Source: Takakia lepidozioides
Taxonomy: Eukaryota > Plantae > Bryophyta
Assembly: GCA_030704615.1 (NCBI GenBank)
Contig: CM060734.1
Coordinates: forward strand, 5,270,001 to 5,334,000
Direction of reading: 5' to 3'
DNA: 64,000 bases
The position numbers and the translations under genes are program-made. The notes under the pieces are model-generated. The model had not been told where the DNA came from, ran no database searches, and saw only the letters and a program-made list of their open reading frames with translations. Shown one piece after another: positions 13,907 to 27,400 of the stretch (position 1 is its first letter; the number at the start of each line of letters is the position of its first letter).

Positions 13907-14025
13907 CTCGTCAGGCATTAATGGACAGAGGCCCTTGTGGCTCTGCCTATCAGTATCCACTTCCAGTTCACTTTGATCTGTCCCGTCCGAATGAACTGTG
14001 CTCTTTTTGACTGTATACTCTCTGT
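13907..14025 (-). pseudogene. Isolated frameshifted exon resembling plant O-fucosyltransferase (OFUT27-like)
   Basis: AG/GT bounded. Translates TESIQSKRAQFIRTGQIK / SELEVDTDRQSHKGLCPLMPDE, matching the TELIQ.RRAQMI...VD....G.CPLMPEE segment I recall from this family. Confidence 0.6.
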
Positions 14026-16207
14026 CTGGAAATCCTAAACCCCCACACACATAGCACATGACAATTGCTGCCATACACAAATACATACTCTCTCTCTCCT
14101 CCATGTCGGTTACAAATATATTTTCTTCACTTCTCTTTTTTTATTTTTTATTAGAAAGAAACTGTGTGTGCCATAACATCATGTAGGCAAATCTTGTGGC
14201 TTTGTCAACTGCCATATGCAAATAACAATTTGCAGAATACACAACAAATCTAAGAGAGGTCCTATTTGCCTAAAATTATGAGATGCAACAACACATGCTG
14301 CTGGAGCTTTTCTTTGCACCTACCTCTTTGACCTCTGCCCTCCCTTCTGCATTCCCCAAAGTTGGAGGGATCTTGCGACTATCTCCTGTTGCCGCTGCTT
14401 TCCCCTTTTCCACAGAAACATTCCAATAGCAACTTTAATGTTTGAGCTTTTCCCTCCGCCTATCTCCTTAACCTTTGCTGAACTGCTTGGGGGTATTTTG
14501 CAAGTATCTTTGGAGTCCTCAAGAGAGTCTGTCCTCCTTTCGTAAGAGACATTTTACGAGATTCAACATGAAGGAAAACGGATGCTTAGTAAAAACGACG
14601 CCTTTGTTGTTTGGCGAGAGAGGAAGTGCTCTCGTACGCGAAACACCTAGAAAATACGCGATGTAGAATACATGGTTGACGGATGAAAACTGCCTTATGT
14701 AAACCCAGGTTAAAAGGATCAAGGAATATTTGTCTGGAATATTTCTACGGTGTCTTCACATCCCAAGGTAAAGAATCCAGGGAATATTTACCCAGGGCTA
14801 GCGAATCTTTCCTGGGCTTTCTAAGCCCGGGCCACTGCAACCCCGGGACAATATGAAAGGACGGGCAGCAGCCGAAATTTGTTCCCAATGAGTTCCCTGT
14901 ATGGACTGGGGTGTAGGACATCCAGTCCCACGGCCCAGACCTTGGCTTGGTCCATGGCCTAGACCCCGGGCAGCGCCCCAGGCCAGCCCAAAACTCTCAT
15001 TTTTATGGCGTCCGGCGACACGGCCTTTTTGCTATTCCCTACAGGCTACACTAGTTAGGTACTGATGTTTCTGGTCTCTGTCTCTTGAGCAGTCCAAGAA
15101 GGGAAGGAATAAGAGACGCGCGTTCGGGGTATGTGCACAAAACTCAAACTGTCAACCTCCGTGCGGATTGGACGGAAGGCACCTCAGCTTCAGCTCACCA
15201 CCATCGCGGCCACAAAGAGGTGAGCTTCAAATACGCAGGCCCTAGCAGTAATGCACCCACAAACCGAAAATCCCAGCATCATAACAACGCAGACTCGCAC
15301 TTGTGGCTTCAGACATTCCATGGAACCCACCTCTTCCCATCGTAGGGTACCGCTCAGTCCTCTCCTTCTCGTCATCTTCTTCCTCTTCCACACCCCACAT
15401 CCGCATTTCCTAAGAAACCATCAACAACCCAGCTCACAATTCATGATGTAGTGATTTCTTTTTCCCTTCTATCTCTGTCTCTGTCCCTCTCTGTGTCCTC
15501 TTTCGTCCCAGAAAAGTTGGTGTGGGGGATGGAGGCCAAGGCTAGCAAGTTCTCCGAGAGTAACTGCTTGACGGCCAGTTGTGGTGCAAATGTACTTTGA
15601 GCTTCTTTTCAGCCTTTAATGATGAAGTGGCAGTTACACCTTGCTTGAGAAAGGGCAGGAGCACAGAGCGAGAGCGAGAGGGAGAGATGAATTCTACACT
15701 ACACGCGGGTCAAAATAGACTTCGTGAAAGGTCTATGTCCAAGCAATAGGGCTACTTATTAAAGATGAGGCAGTCAGAAACTGGTGAAGTTCTCATGGGC
15801 TTGTAGTTCTTGCACACAGGTCGAGAAAACAACAAAGACTATAGCTGATGGTGGGACAAAAGGTTTGATAGGGTGTAGTCCTTGCATGCAGGTCAAGCTA
15901 AGAAACTCTGGCAGGGGTCCTCCTTAGATCCCTCAGAGTGGTGGGCCAAAAGGTTTGATAAGGTGAGCCTACATTTGCTTAGGACATGAAAGAGTATGTT
16001 GGGAGAGGCTTGTGACTGAAGCCAACATCATGCTGTCTTGTGGACTGGATTGTATTTCAGGTCTTTACAAAATTGAAAATTTTCCTCTTCACTCACGAAA
16101 AAGCAGCGAATGTGGTCCTTGCTGTTCCTATCAGGAGGTTGTTCGAGGTTGGTCCCTGTGATGTCGAGATTCTTGGCTGTGGTTGAAGCGATTATGGCTT
16201 CTCAGCT

Positions 16208-16741
16208 ATGCACTTGTGGTTTTCACAGGATAGTCCAAAATCACCAAACTTCAGTCATAAGGGCGCCGGCGAGGCCCTGTGGGTGGAGGGTGGGTCGGAA
16301 CCTCAGGGTGTGACAGCAGCGCTAGCTGACAGGGTCGAGCACAAACTGATGATGGTGTCAAGGAGAACTCTGGCACTTGCGAGGATGTGAGGAAACTATG
16401 CAGGGCAGGGCAACTGAAAGATGCATTGCACATTCTGAACAAACAGGGCATTTGGGCAGATTCCAGTACTTATGTCTGTCTCTTGCGGGAGTGCATGAAA
16501 ATCTGGAACCTTGAAATGGGAAAGCAGGTGCACAACCACATCATCCAAAGTGGATTCAAGCCATACGCATTTCTATTCAACACCCTTGTTAACATGTATG
16601 CCAGCTGGGGAGTATGGTAGATGCACGCCAAGTGTTTGCAACAATGCCTGACCGCAACATCTTTGTGTGGAATATCATGATAGCAGGGTATGCCAAGCAT
16701 GGGTGTGGCAGAGATGCCCTCAACATTTATCAGCAGATGAA
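16208..16741 (+). pseudogene. PLS-class PPR gene fragment preceded by an OSB-type PDF motif; truncated by a LINE
   Basis: SPKSPNFSHKGAGEALWV (PDF-motif-like), then LCRAGQL..AL, TYVCLLREC, GKQVH, NTLVNMYA, ARQVF..MPDRN...WN.MIAGYAKHG. Two frameshifts. Confidence 0.85.
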
Positions 16742-17900
16742 TTATCTACCATTAGAATTCAGCTCGTCCTCACCAAAAGGTCCAATGATATCGTCCTGAT
16801 GGATCCCTTTGCCCACCCGGGCATTGAAGTCCCCCAATAGTACCACCTAACCTTTGGCAAGGAACGAAGCACAGTCCAGCTTTACATCTTCGAAGGCCTT
16901 GTCTGCATCAGCACTAAGGGTCCCCTCTGTGGGCATGTAAACACAACCAACAAAGAGGTCCTTTGTACTCATGCCGCCCTTCAAATTCAGTTTTAGCCAG
17001 ATACTATGCTCGTACCTCAAACCCTTGTTGATAATTTCACAATTGTCAAACAAGAAATCACGGACAAAGAATCCGACCCCTTTTTGACCGTGTTTGGCAG
17101 AGGCTGCCTTGAGAGTACACATCTTACCTGCCCATTTATAACCAATGACATCTCCAACCAGTTTATCCGACGTTTCCCATGTTTCTTGCCTAGCACAGAT
17201 ATGAATATCATTAGTCCGAAGAACTTGTCCCACTTCAAGTTGTTTCCTTTGGTTGGTCAACCCTGAGAAGTTGAAAGTGGCCAGCCGCAAGCCAGCCCTT
17301 TGCGTGTGAATTGTTTGTCGTCTAGGTAGCTTGTGATTGCTCCTGGACGGCCAACCGTTCTGCAAAGGGGGGACAGTTACCCCATGTGTAGATTTTGCTC
17401 GTCTTGTGTAAACTTTGAGAACAAGTGGATAGAGAGCACAAACAAGTGCTGCCATGGTATGAGTGAGGTCACATAAGATTCTCCAGCTCTATCTGCCGGG
17501 TGGCAAAAGTTGGAGGGGTTGTGATTGCTCACATTTGTTTCGATTGGACAAAACAGGGAGAGTGTGAGGATATCGATCTTTTGACAACATTGTTCAGAGA
17601 TCCCGTACATGGCGATCTCAAGCGAAAACAGAAATGTGAATTTGGTTGGGTTCGAGGTGTTGAACCTCACACCTTGATAGATTAAGGGAAAGATATTTGC
17701 ATGATGCAAAGAGGTAACTTGTAACAAAGGGACAAAGTTTCATGAGCATGAGCGCTTTAGCTGAAAACTGTGCGCACGTAGCCAACAGAGTTGTGTTTTG
17801 CTGTCAATTGGGATCTGTCTTCGGGTGAAGTTAGTGCTGAAATCTGTGCTTAAACGCTGGTAGAAGTCTTCAAATTCTTCCAACCATGGCAGATTTGCCC
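16742..17900 (-). mobile_element. LINE 5' fragment (APE endonuclease; RTEX/L2-like, non-L1)
   Basis: LATFNFSGL, QETW, GVGFFV, GCVYMP, then LLGDFNARVG...GEDELNSNGR past the stop at 16847. Same family as 55419-57276. The upstream boundary is approximate. Confidence 0.85.
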
Positions 17901-18429
17901 TACTCTCAGACAGTTCTCAATCCATTTCTCAAGGTTTGGTGTGCAGCCAAAAACAGGCTTTGGGAAATGTGTGAGGACCCGAATCAAGAAAAGACCCTAG
18001 CAGAATCAATTCCATGTTATGGAGGGCACCCACGCTCTTCAGAATGCAGTGCAGAAGTCTAGGCAAGAAGACAACCCTAAAATCGTCAATACAGGGCCCT
18101 AAATCCTAAAGCCGTTTGTTGTCACAGTCTGTGCGAGAGAAAGAGAACACCTTCATTCTGTCCACCGGAAAAGAAGGAAATGACATGAAATGAAATGGTA
18201 CTTTATAACGTCCGCGGACTCGAAGCTCAAAGAGCTTATGGGACAAAATGGAAAAAACAAGAGAGGAAACAAAACCAAAGCCAAAAAAAGAAGAAGGGAA
18301 GGAATGTCACATCTAGGAGAGAAAATGCACTCGTGGACATGGGATAGGTTAGGTCCATGTTTTTTCTTTTTGGAAAGGGAAACACCTTGGAGCGACAGCT
18401 CACAAATCAAGCCCCTTGATAGTGAGAGG

Positions 18430-18599
18430 AGAAAAGAACCTCTTTCACAGCAACCGCGCCATGTAACCGCCCCATGGAGGCTGAGAAATGGGACACCGCC
18501 TAGGGAAGTGGGAGAAGAGTACACCACACCCGTCAAGTAGCAGGTTTTGACCCCGAATCGTCTGGGTGGCACTGCACTTAACCAACTGAGCTACCGACT
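18430..18599 (-). mobile_element. Putative tRNA-derived SINE
   Basis: The minus strand begins AGTCGGTAGCTCAGTTGGTTAAG (Pol III A box), has a B-box-like GGGTCAAAACC ~35 nt later, no intact cloverleaf, and a unique body ending in a T/C-rich tract. Confidence 0.55.
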
Positions 18600-18839
18600 G
18601 TTGGAATGTACTTTGCACCCCTAACTACAGAGATAATGTACATCCATGCACACACAAACTTGATATGAGTATTATTATGAGTATTATTGACCAGTAGTAC
18701 ACTGTGTACATCTCTCACAGTTGATGGGCGTTTCTCTTTTCTTTTCTTGGTCCTCGGGTGCATTGGTGGGTCGATCCTATGCCGCAACTTTCTGGATACG
18801 CCACCTCTGGTCACTTGGTTATAAGGCTGACTGAAAGCA

Positions 18840-19760
18840 CTTGATTCATGAACAAGTTTTACCGTAATGTGTATCGATGCCAGAAGGTAGGCTAGGATAG
18901 TCCTGAACTCATGTCAACTGGCAATCTTCAGATTTAATGATGACCTCGTACGTGAAGAGTAAGTCTACAAAAAAGTCTGCCATAGGAAGCATCTGGTTCG
19001 CTCGGCGTTAAATTCTTTCCGGCTGGAGAAGTTTAGGTTTCATCTATTTAGCAAGTACATTTACACACCGGTATGAGAACGATATATAGGAATTATCCAT
19101 GATTTCAAGCAGATTACAAGGTTTCCTACTATCGTCGTGCCATAGAGGGAACACATATTCCTCTTGCAAAGAAGCTAATAAGAGAGTCACCTTGGCAGTT
19201 GCAGATTTCTGCAACCGCAAAAAATTCAATAGCATTGTGTTGCAAGCTGTGTGTGATACAGAGAAGGTGTTTTGAAATGTTTGTGCCAGCCAACCACGGG
19301 ATGTGCAGACGGAGGTCAGTTCAAGGTATCACGGTTGTACAGAGATTTGAAAAGTCAAACAATTCTACAAGATTATGTGGTTACAGTTCATGGGATGAGG
19401 CTTACACTGTACGTGATTGGCGATTCCTGCTTACCCAATCCAAACATACTTGATGAAGAACTGCAAGACACGAAACCCTGAAGAAATAGACAAGCATTTT
19501 GATTAGCATGAACCGTGGGAGAGTTGTGATTGAGAATGCATTTGTAGCTCTGAAAAATCGTTGGCGTATTTTGATGTTTGAATTCCAAGGTTGATAGTGC
19601 AAGTGCAGTGACAAATCGTGTGATGTGTGTTTCACAATTATTGTCAGATGTGGGGCATGCCTGAGCTTATGAACGGTGGAATTAGAGACAATTTGGCGGG
19701 CTTTGGTGGAACAAGATTGAAGATAAAGCTGTAAAAGTAGGAGGCGAGCAAATGAGAGAC
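18840..19760 (+). pseudogene. Degenerate PIF/Harbinger (HARBI1-like, DDE_Tnp_4) transposase
   Basis: Across frameshifts: AIEGTHIPL, NRKKFNSIVLQAVCD, G.ADGGQF, YVIGDS.YP, RVVIENAF.ALKNRWRIL. Confidence 0.88.
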
Positions 19761-19864
19761 AAATTGTACATATAGTGGTTGATTGACAACCCACGTGAAT
19801 GAAATAAATTTGATAGTTCACATGTACATTGGCAATGGCTTCAAATTTTCTTGCATAATTTTTT

Positions 19865-21140
19865 CTCGTTTGCTTCGATTGATGTGAAACTAAAAGATAG
19901 AGTTAGAAAATCTTTCTAGTTTTCAAATAATCTATTTCACACTCATACAACATCAGTTCACAAGAATCTATAAGCCAAACAAAAATGCATCAAAAACACA
20001 TTAAACTACATTGTCCTCAGATTTTTTGGAATATTTTTTATTTTATTTTATTTTATTGATGTGAAACCAAAAAATCAGAGTTAAAATATCCTTCTAGCTT
20101 TCCAAAACCTATTGCACACTCACACAACATTAAAAAATCTACAGACCAAAATGTGCAGTAAGGTTAACTTGGCACAAAAAAGGTACTAAACTCCATTGCC
20201 CTCATAGGCCATGTACTAACTTTCTTTCATTTGCTACGATTGATGTGAAAGTAAAAACACACAGTTAGGAAATCCTTCTAACTTTCCAAAAACTTATTGA
20301 TATTCTTACAGCATCCGTCCACAAGACTCTAGAGGCCAAAATGTGCAACAAGGTCAAATTGTCATGAAAAAACCTATGGATCTTGATTGCCCTCAGATTT
20401 TCAGGCATAACTTCTTTCTTTTGCTTCGATTGAGGTGAAATAAAAACACAGAGTTAGGAAATCCTTGTAGCTTTCTAGAAACATATTTCGCGCTCTCATA
20501 GCACACTAGTTCACAACAATCTACATGCGAAAATGTGCAACTAGGCAAATTGACATGAAAAAACATAGATCTTGATTGATATCAGTTTTAAAGGACTAAC
20601 CTCTTGTCATTTGCTTAAATTGATGTGAAACTAGCACACAAAGTTAGGAAATCCTTCTAACTTTCTAAAATACTATTGCACATTCACATAGCATGACTGA
20701 GAAAGAATCCACAGGCCAAAATATGGAACAAGGTCATATTGACATGAAAAAACACAACATGTGATTGCTCTTAGATTTTATGGCATAACTTCTTGTCAAT
20801 TGCCTAAATTGATATGAAACCAACACATAGAGCTAGGAAATTGTTCTAGCTTTCTAAAACACTATTGCACATTCACACAACATTAGTTGGAAAGAATATA
20901 CAGGCTATGGAGCCATGATATCCTATTGACATGAAAAAATATATAGATCTTGATTGCTCTCATATTTTAAGGCACAACTTCTTATCATTTGCTTCAATTG
21001 ATGTGAAACAAAAACACAGAGTTAGAAAATCCTTCTAGCTTTTCAAAACCATATTGCACACACACACTGCTAGAGTTGACAAGGATCTATTAGCTAAATT
21101 GTGAAACAAGGTCAACTTGACGCAAATAACCACGGAAAAC
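19865..21140. repeat. AT-rich ~187-bp tandem repeat, ~7 diverged copies
   Basis: ATTGATGTGAAA...AGAGTTAGGAAATCCTTCTAGCTTTC recurs at ~19878, 20056, 20239, 20428, 20619, 20808 and 20997. Confidence 0.9.
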
Positions 21141-21299
21141 TTCATGGCCTTCACATGTGTGTCAAGTGTCACTAAACATTATCATGAACCACAACACACT
21201 AAGAAAATCAAGTGCTACCACTTACAGAAGATGCACTAGAACCATCATTTGGCTTTAGCACATCTGCAAACAGAACGGTCATTTGAAGCTGGGTTTGCA

Positions 21300-21425
21300 C
21301 CTGGGGGGTGCACCCCCCCCAATCTGTACCAGCCATGTGCGTACACATGAGGGGGTATTTTTAATCCCCCCATGTACAAAATTATACATACAGAGGGGGG
21401 GGGACAAATATGCCTTAAATTCTAG
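21300..21425 (+). mobile_element. Orphan left terminus of the DNA transposon family at 52309-63168
   Basis: CCTGGGGGGTGCAC...CAATCTGTACCAGCCATGTGCGTACACATGAGGGGGTATTTT...CCATGTACAA aligns with 52309-52425. Confidence 0.85.
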
Positions 21426-21559
21426 CGATGACCGAAGGTCGGAAGCTAGTTCAGCGTAGAGCAGGAATAGGGTGCCATAGTGCCACATCATCGTCGCTAC
21501 GTTTTGTCGTCAATGTTTTTGGAATCTGCCCGGACTGCCCCAAAAAAATAAAAAACAAG

Positions 21560-22165
21560 CTCGGAGAGCGCCACTGGGGAGTGAAACATGGGAGCATAAG
21601 TACAAGGGAATGGAGAGCAAAACTGGGGCGCGGGGATACGGGGGAGCGCAGCAGGGGAGCGGAAACAGAGGAGCAAGGTGCGGGGACACGGGGCAGCGCA
21701 ACAGAGGAGCGTTAACAGGGGAGCAGAGAGAGTGGGCGCGGAGACACGAGGGAGCGCAACAGGGGAGGAGACAAGGGGGGGCGCAGCATGGGAGCGAAAA
21801 CAGGGGAGCACAGAGAGCTCCACGCGGGGACATGGGGGAGCACATCAGGGGAGTAGTATAGGGAAACAAAGAGAGCGGGCGTGGAGACACGAGGGAGCGC
21901 AATAGGGGAGCGGAAGAGGAGAGTAGAGGGAGCAGAAGCGTAGACACGGGGAAGTGTGACAGGGGAGCGGAAACAGGGGAGCAGAAGGAGCGGGCACGGA
22001 GACACAGGGGAGCGCAGCATGGAAGCGAAAATAGGGGAGCAGAGAGAGCTCCGCGTTGGGACACGGGGGAGCGTAACAGGGGAGCGAAACAGCAGGGGAG
22101 CAGAGAGCGGGGACACGGGGAGCAAAATAGGGGAGCGGAGAGAGCTTCGCGCAGGGAGCCTCACG
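21560..22165 (+). repeat. Purine/G-rich compound minisatellite
   Basis: Reiterated AGGGGAGC(G/A), GAGACACG and GGAAACAG blocks with very few T. The overlapping low-complexity ORFs are spurious. Confidence 0.85.
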
Positions 22166-22669
22166 AGCCGATGGGGGTGGCGGGGCAGGGCCCGGCGGGT
22201 CCCGGGGTGGGAAGGGGTGCGCCCCGTGAGGGCGGCACGTGGGTGGGCCCAGGCAGGGTGGGGATTTGACAGGGAGGCTCTGGCAGTGCGTTGGAGGCCG
22301 CACGGCTCCGGCGAGCGGGGCTTACGCTCTCACACGCGGGCATTCAACTCCCATCCTATGTCTAGTGTAAACCGGCATTTTTAGGTGTATTTTGTACTAG
22401 AGAACAGGCCACGTTGGCCGATTCTGCCCTGTAAGCGGCCTTTGGGCGAGCCCTATGGCCGCACACGGCCAACGCGGCCCGTTCACTAGCGTTAAAAGCA
22501 AGTTGTGGCATACTCTCGCCGCCACCTGGCGCAATATGATAGAGGTTCCATTATCCCATATCGATTGCCCAGGTTCAGAGAGCCACGGAGAGGATATAAA
22601 CGGAGCGAATGGCGATGATGGCTATGACATGGGTCATGGGCTTGAGTGGTTGCTCTGCCGTCCTTGGTG

Positions 22670-23345
22670 CGTAATCGGCCATCCCTGCCAATTCTGCCTG
22701 CCGAATTGGCAGTACACCCTGGGTGGCCGATTCGGCCTGAGAATTAGGCTCAAAAAGTGGCAGAATACGCCACACCTGCTTTTAACGTACTATGGAACGT
22801 TCCACCTAGGAACGTGGCCAGCCCGTAGGGGCGAGCCTGCGTTCCGGTAGGGTGGAACGGGCTCCACCGGACCTGTTCCAGAGCGTAACCGGTGTCTCCC
22901 CACCGTTGATCAGTAATAATACAAACGGCTACGATCGACTCGATATGGGCCGTCGATATGACACATATGTGACAATCTGACGGCCTATATTAGTAGCTTC
23001 GCGGTGACGCGTTATGACACAGGACCAGCCGATAACGTTCAGGAAAAAACCTGAAAAAGTACCATAATAAGACACCAAAACCGGTTACGTACTAGAGAGC
23101 GGGCACGAGGTGCCGGTTATGGCTCCCAGTTCGCCAAAAGGCTCGCCCTACCGTGCTCGCGTAAAGAGGAGGTTGTGGAGTATTCTTTCCGCCACCTGGC
23201 TAGATCTTATTGGGGATCGTACATAATCCGCCATCCCAGCCGATCCGGCATGCTGAATCGGCAGTACAGCCTGGGTGGCCTATTTGGCCTGATAATTAGT
23301 CCTGAAAAACGGCAGAATACTCTACACCTGATCTTTACGTAAACA
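22670..23345. repeat. Pair of ~110-bp diverged direct repeats (~22670-22790 and ~23225-23345)
   Basis: Both copies share GGCAGTACA.CCTGGGTGGCC.ATT.GGCCTGA.AATTAG...GGCAGAATAC..ACACCTG, and both are preceded by CGCCACCTGGC. Confidence 0.75.
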
Positions 23346-24475
23346 AAGTAGGTTTGACGTGGCGGCACTCGATCAAATGGGAAGCGAGATCCAACGGCCT
23401 TCAAACATTGGCCGTGTGCAGGTGAATGGCTACCTCCGCTACCGGTCTAGTCGACAGGGATTAGCCGGTTCCAGGTCACCAGAGTTCCGTCTCTCTCTCT
23501 CTCTCTCTCTCATTTCCTCGTCTGCCTCGCAGACTCCCATGCCCTAATTATTTCTGCTGGAATGGCATTCCTCTTTCGTGTTTGAAATCTTTCTGTCTCT
23601 TGGTACGGTTCAATCGCGGGCTCAGATCTCTCTCTTTCTTACGTCTTTCTTTGATCTACGTATATTTCTCCAATTGAACTGAGTTAGCAATGCAGGTTTT
23701 TTCCGAAGATCACAGCAGTTCCGCTTCAGATTTACAAGTTCCTATTGTTTTTGGTATATCATCACTGAGCATTGATGGTCCACGGGAAATACTGCTTGTC
23801 TCTCTTTTAATTTTACATCTGATCTCTGGGGATTGTTAAATTGAGAATCTGCACTGAATTTGAAGAGAATCTGCTGGTCTGTTGTACAATCACACTTCAA
23901 CTCACGGTTTTTTCAGCAGAAATTATTTTTCTGTCTCTATTAACCCCACCTTTCTATTCCATCTCTCCCATTGTCTTTTTATTGAAGGGTCGACCTTGGA
24001 AATCGACAGACTATAAACTCCTCTGTTTCTATGCTAACGTTTTGGAGTTCTCTCTGATACCTCTCTCTTGGAGTTGCATTGTTGACTTTTTCAATGGGTT
24101 CTTCAAAGCTTTTCAAGACTTTCTCTCTTGTACCCTGACTTTATTGCGCACCACCGCTGCTTAAACGACATCTTACACTTGGAAGTGGAGAGTCGTACGT
24201 TAACCCGGCCGCTTTGCCCCAGCATTTAAAGTCCGCCAGTTGTCGCAGCTGAGCTACCTTATTCATCGGAATCTGGTGATAATGTTTTAGACCAAGTTTT
24301 TGTCATGAACGTTCTGGGTACTCCCTCATAGGTACTTCACTTGAATGGCAGCTCCTGTGCTCATTTTATCTTGTGTCTTCATTCTCTCCCTTTATCTGCG
24401 CTAGTTTTAGAGAATTGATCTCAGAGATAGTTCTCTTGCCTCCTTCACATTTGCAGGCTACTATTAGTACTGTCA

Positions 24476-27400
24476 ATGTTACCGAGGACAATGGTAGGCG
24501 CTACTCCTACCTCTGGCACTTCTAAGGTACTGTCTTCTCCTGGCATGCAGCTGCTTCCATGATTGTTTTTGGGCCTGATTTCACCGGGTAGACTACATTT
24601 TTTCCTGGTTTGTGGGTGGTACCCATCCTTGTTTAGTGAGAATAGTGGGTGTTTATGTTGAACCAGTGTAGGTATATGATCCTAAGGAGGTCGGGCATTT
24701 ATCCTTTGGTCTTAAGGGTAAGTTTACATATGTCTCTGGGGTCAACTGAAATAAATGTGGAATTTGAGTGTGGGTAAATGGGATCAGCAACTGGCAAAGC
24801 TGGAAAAGACTGTACAAGCAGGCCATTACTATGATGCACAACAAATGTACAAGACCGTTCATGCCAGGTATACATCTTACTGCCTTGCACCTGTATTACT
24901 GCTATGGTGCCTGCCGGGTACAGTTTTACGCCTTGGTGAAGGGATGTATTTGCTTCAATATGTCAGTCAACATCTCCTGAATTGTGGAGGTCTGTAAAAC
25001 GAAGTGGGTGCCAGTGACTGAAAGTAGTTAACCGGGCAGCCTTTTGTTATCAAGTAGATTCTACAAACCCAGCAGCACCAATGGTAGTACACTGGAAGGC
25101 ACCCCAAGTAGTGTGTTTGCCAGGAATAACCACACTCCAGAGAATTTGTCCCTGCCAGAGGCTCTTGCCTTGGACCCCTGGTTTGGGCAGAAGAGAAGTA
25201 GGTGGGGAGGAAAGGGAGCGTATCTCTAGGATTCTGTAGGTTTCTCTTCCGTAATACAATGGTATGCTGTATTTTCCCTCTGGAACCCAGATATACGGCG
25301 GCCAGAAAGTACACAGATTCTTTGGAGCTCCTGCAATCTGGTGCGATTGTCCAACTCAAACATGGAGAGGTTCTTCCTCACCCTCAATCCAACTTTATGT
25401 TGCTCTTGCACATGCATGTGTCGTACTGACCTGCAGTCACTACCATAATTTTCCCGACTTTTTGCACCTGTGCCTGCTACAGAAATCACCTTACGAGATA
25501 CTATGTGAATGATGAAAAGGGTTTATGGTAGCATACCTCCCCGACTGCATTCTCATGAACCCTCGCTTACACCTATTTCCATTCCCTTTTTGTACAGTGG
25601 GGAGGAAGCTTTAAGCTCTATTCAAAATCCAGCATTGATGTTAAGCCCTCAGTGGAGGAAGTCCTGTTGATATCATCTCCATGCTGGGAGAGCTGTAGTA
25701 CCTGGCTCATTCACCACATTTAATTGATTCTGCTGCCTTCTATGACGAGTAGATCCCAATGGTGTTTCCCAGGTGCCGATGCTTAGAGGATGGATGCAGG
25801 AAGAGCATGGCATGCATGCCTGCATATCAGAGCAACTCTCAACAATCAGTTCTACAAATTTTTGTTCCAGTAGTGATGTACTCGTGTCGCAATGTTTGGA
25901 CTACTTTAATAGTCATCTTAAGAGTAATGTCTACCTTCCCATGGTTGTGGATATTTTCAAACTCTCTGATGTGACTGTAGAGATGGAGATGCTACTGTAA
26001 ACCATGGAAATGATAACATGAAGATTATGGGAATTGCAGGTGACGTGTGGTGTAGAGCTTGGGGTGCTGCTGGTTGACACATTCAGCACTGCTAAAGTTC
26101 CTTATGAAAATGCTATTGGTTAGTGTTTTTCCCTGACTAATTTCATGCCAAGAAAGTTGAGCAGGCCAGCCTGGGGTCATATGTTACGGCTGAACACGAG
26201 TCTTGGTTAGGCACTACTTTACCAGGTTGTTATGTTAGGAACTTGTGACTGCTCTCGAGCTATAGATGTTTAGCCCATACGTGCTAGTCTTTATCTGAAG
26301 ACCTGACAGTTTTCTAGGCAGGTTTAGTTGGGGTCGGCTCAACATCAATTTTGGTACAGAAACTGTAAATGGGCTGAAAATAGTGAAAAATGCTGGACTG
26401 ACAATGTGGAAAGACACGAGTGAAATCTACCCTTGCCTACCAAAAGTTGCCATGCAGTATAATTGGTAAGCGCTGCTGGTAGGTGAACACCATCTGCTAA
26501 GTAACTAACACTTCTACTGGGGCTGCGGCTCAAGATCCTTGTCTTGAGCACTAACAGCCTGATGCTGCAGAGGCCTTGGTAAGTAAAATGTTAATGTTTG
26601 CAATTTGTTGACTTCAAAGGTTGGTCCATCTGCAATCTGAAGTAGGCTGCTGCAACTGAGCCATGAAGTGGGGTATTTTTAAGTCCTGTTAAATTCTAAT
26701 AGCAAATGAAGAGGACAATTTGAAAGATCAGAATGGAAGGGCTTCAATTTGATTGGGTTGAGGTAATCACAGCTTATGAGCAGGATTAACACTTCTCCCA
26801 TTTCCAGATCGTATCAAAGCTATATTCAACGAGTTCCCACGGGTGGCTGCTGTCCATCAGGTGAAAGGGACTAGTGACTCAGACTCAGAAGCATCTGAGG
26901 AGATGGTAGCAGCCAGAACCCGAGTTGAGGGCTGCATCACCTTCTTAAGAGCAGCTCTCAAGTATTTTCTATCCCTTGCCTCGGACCTGCCTATGGGTGG
27001 GGAGCACATCTTTGTGTCGTTTAGGTGTGGGCTTCTGTTCATCTGCCTCCACCATAGCGAAGACCTGTGGGTGTCCTATGGCCGTAATGCAGTTCTTTCT
27101 TCTTTGTTTTCAGGAACATCCTTGAAGTGAAGAATTTTACTTGCAAAACCTGAATTTAGTTTGCTTGTGATGTAGGTGGTCGATTGAGGCTGGAGGACCT
27201 AGCAGGGGAGCACCAGAACTGCATGATATGCTGGCTGACTACATCTGGACGCAGTCACCTGTCCCTGTAGAGCCTACTGCCATTGTCTCTTCTCTCTCTC
27301 TCTGACAGGCTACAGCAAATGTCTTACATTCTCTCTGTGTGACTATTCTCGCTCCCATTAGTTCTTCTGAGATTGTGGAAGCAATTGAACATTTACATGG

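Noticed and set aside
18540-18599. Functional tRNA gene
   Set aside because: A and B boxes are present, but the acceptor and anticodon stems cannot be formed; treated as SINE-like.
21497-22384. Overlapping low-complexity ORFs
   Set aside because: They derive from the G-rich minisatellite.
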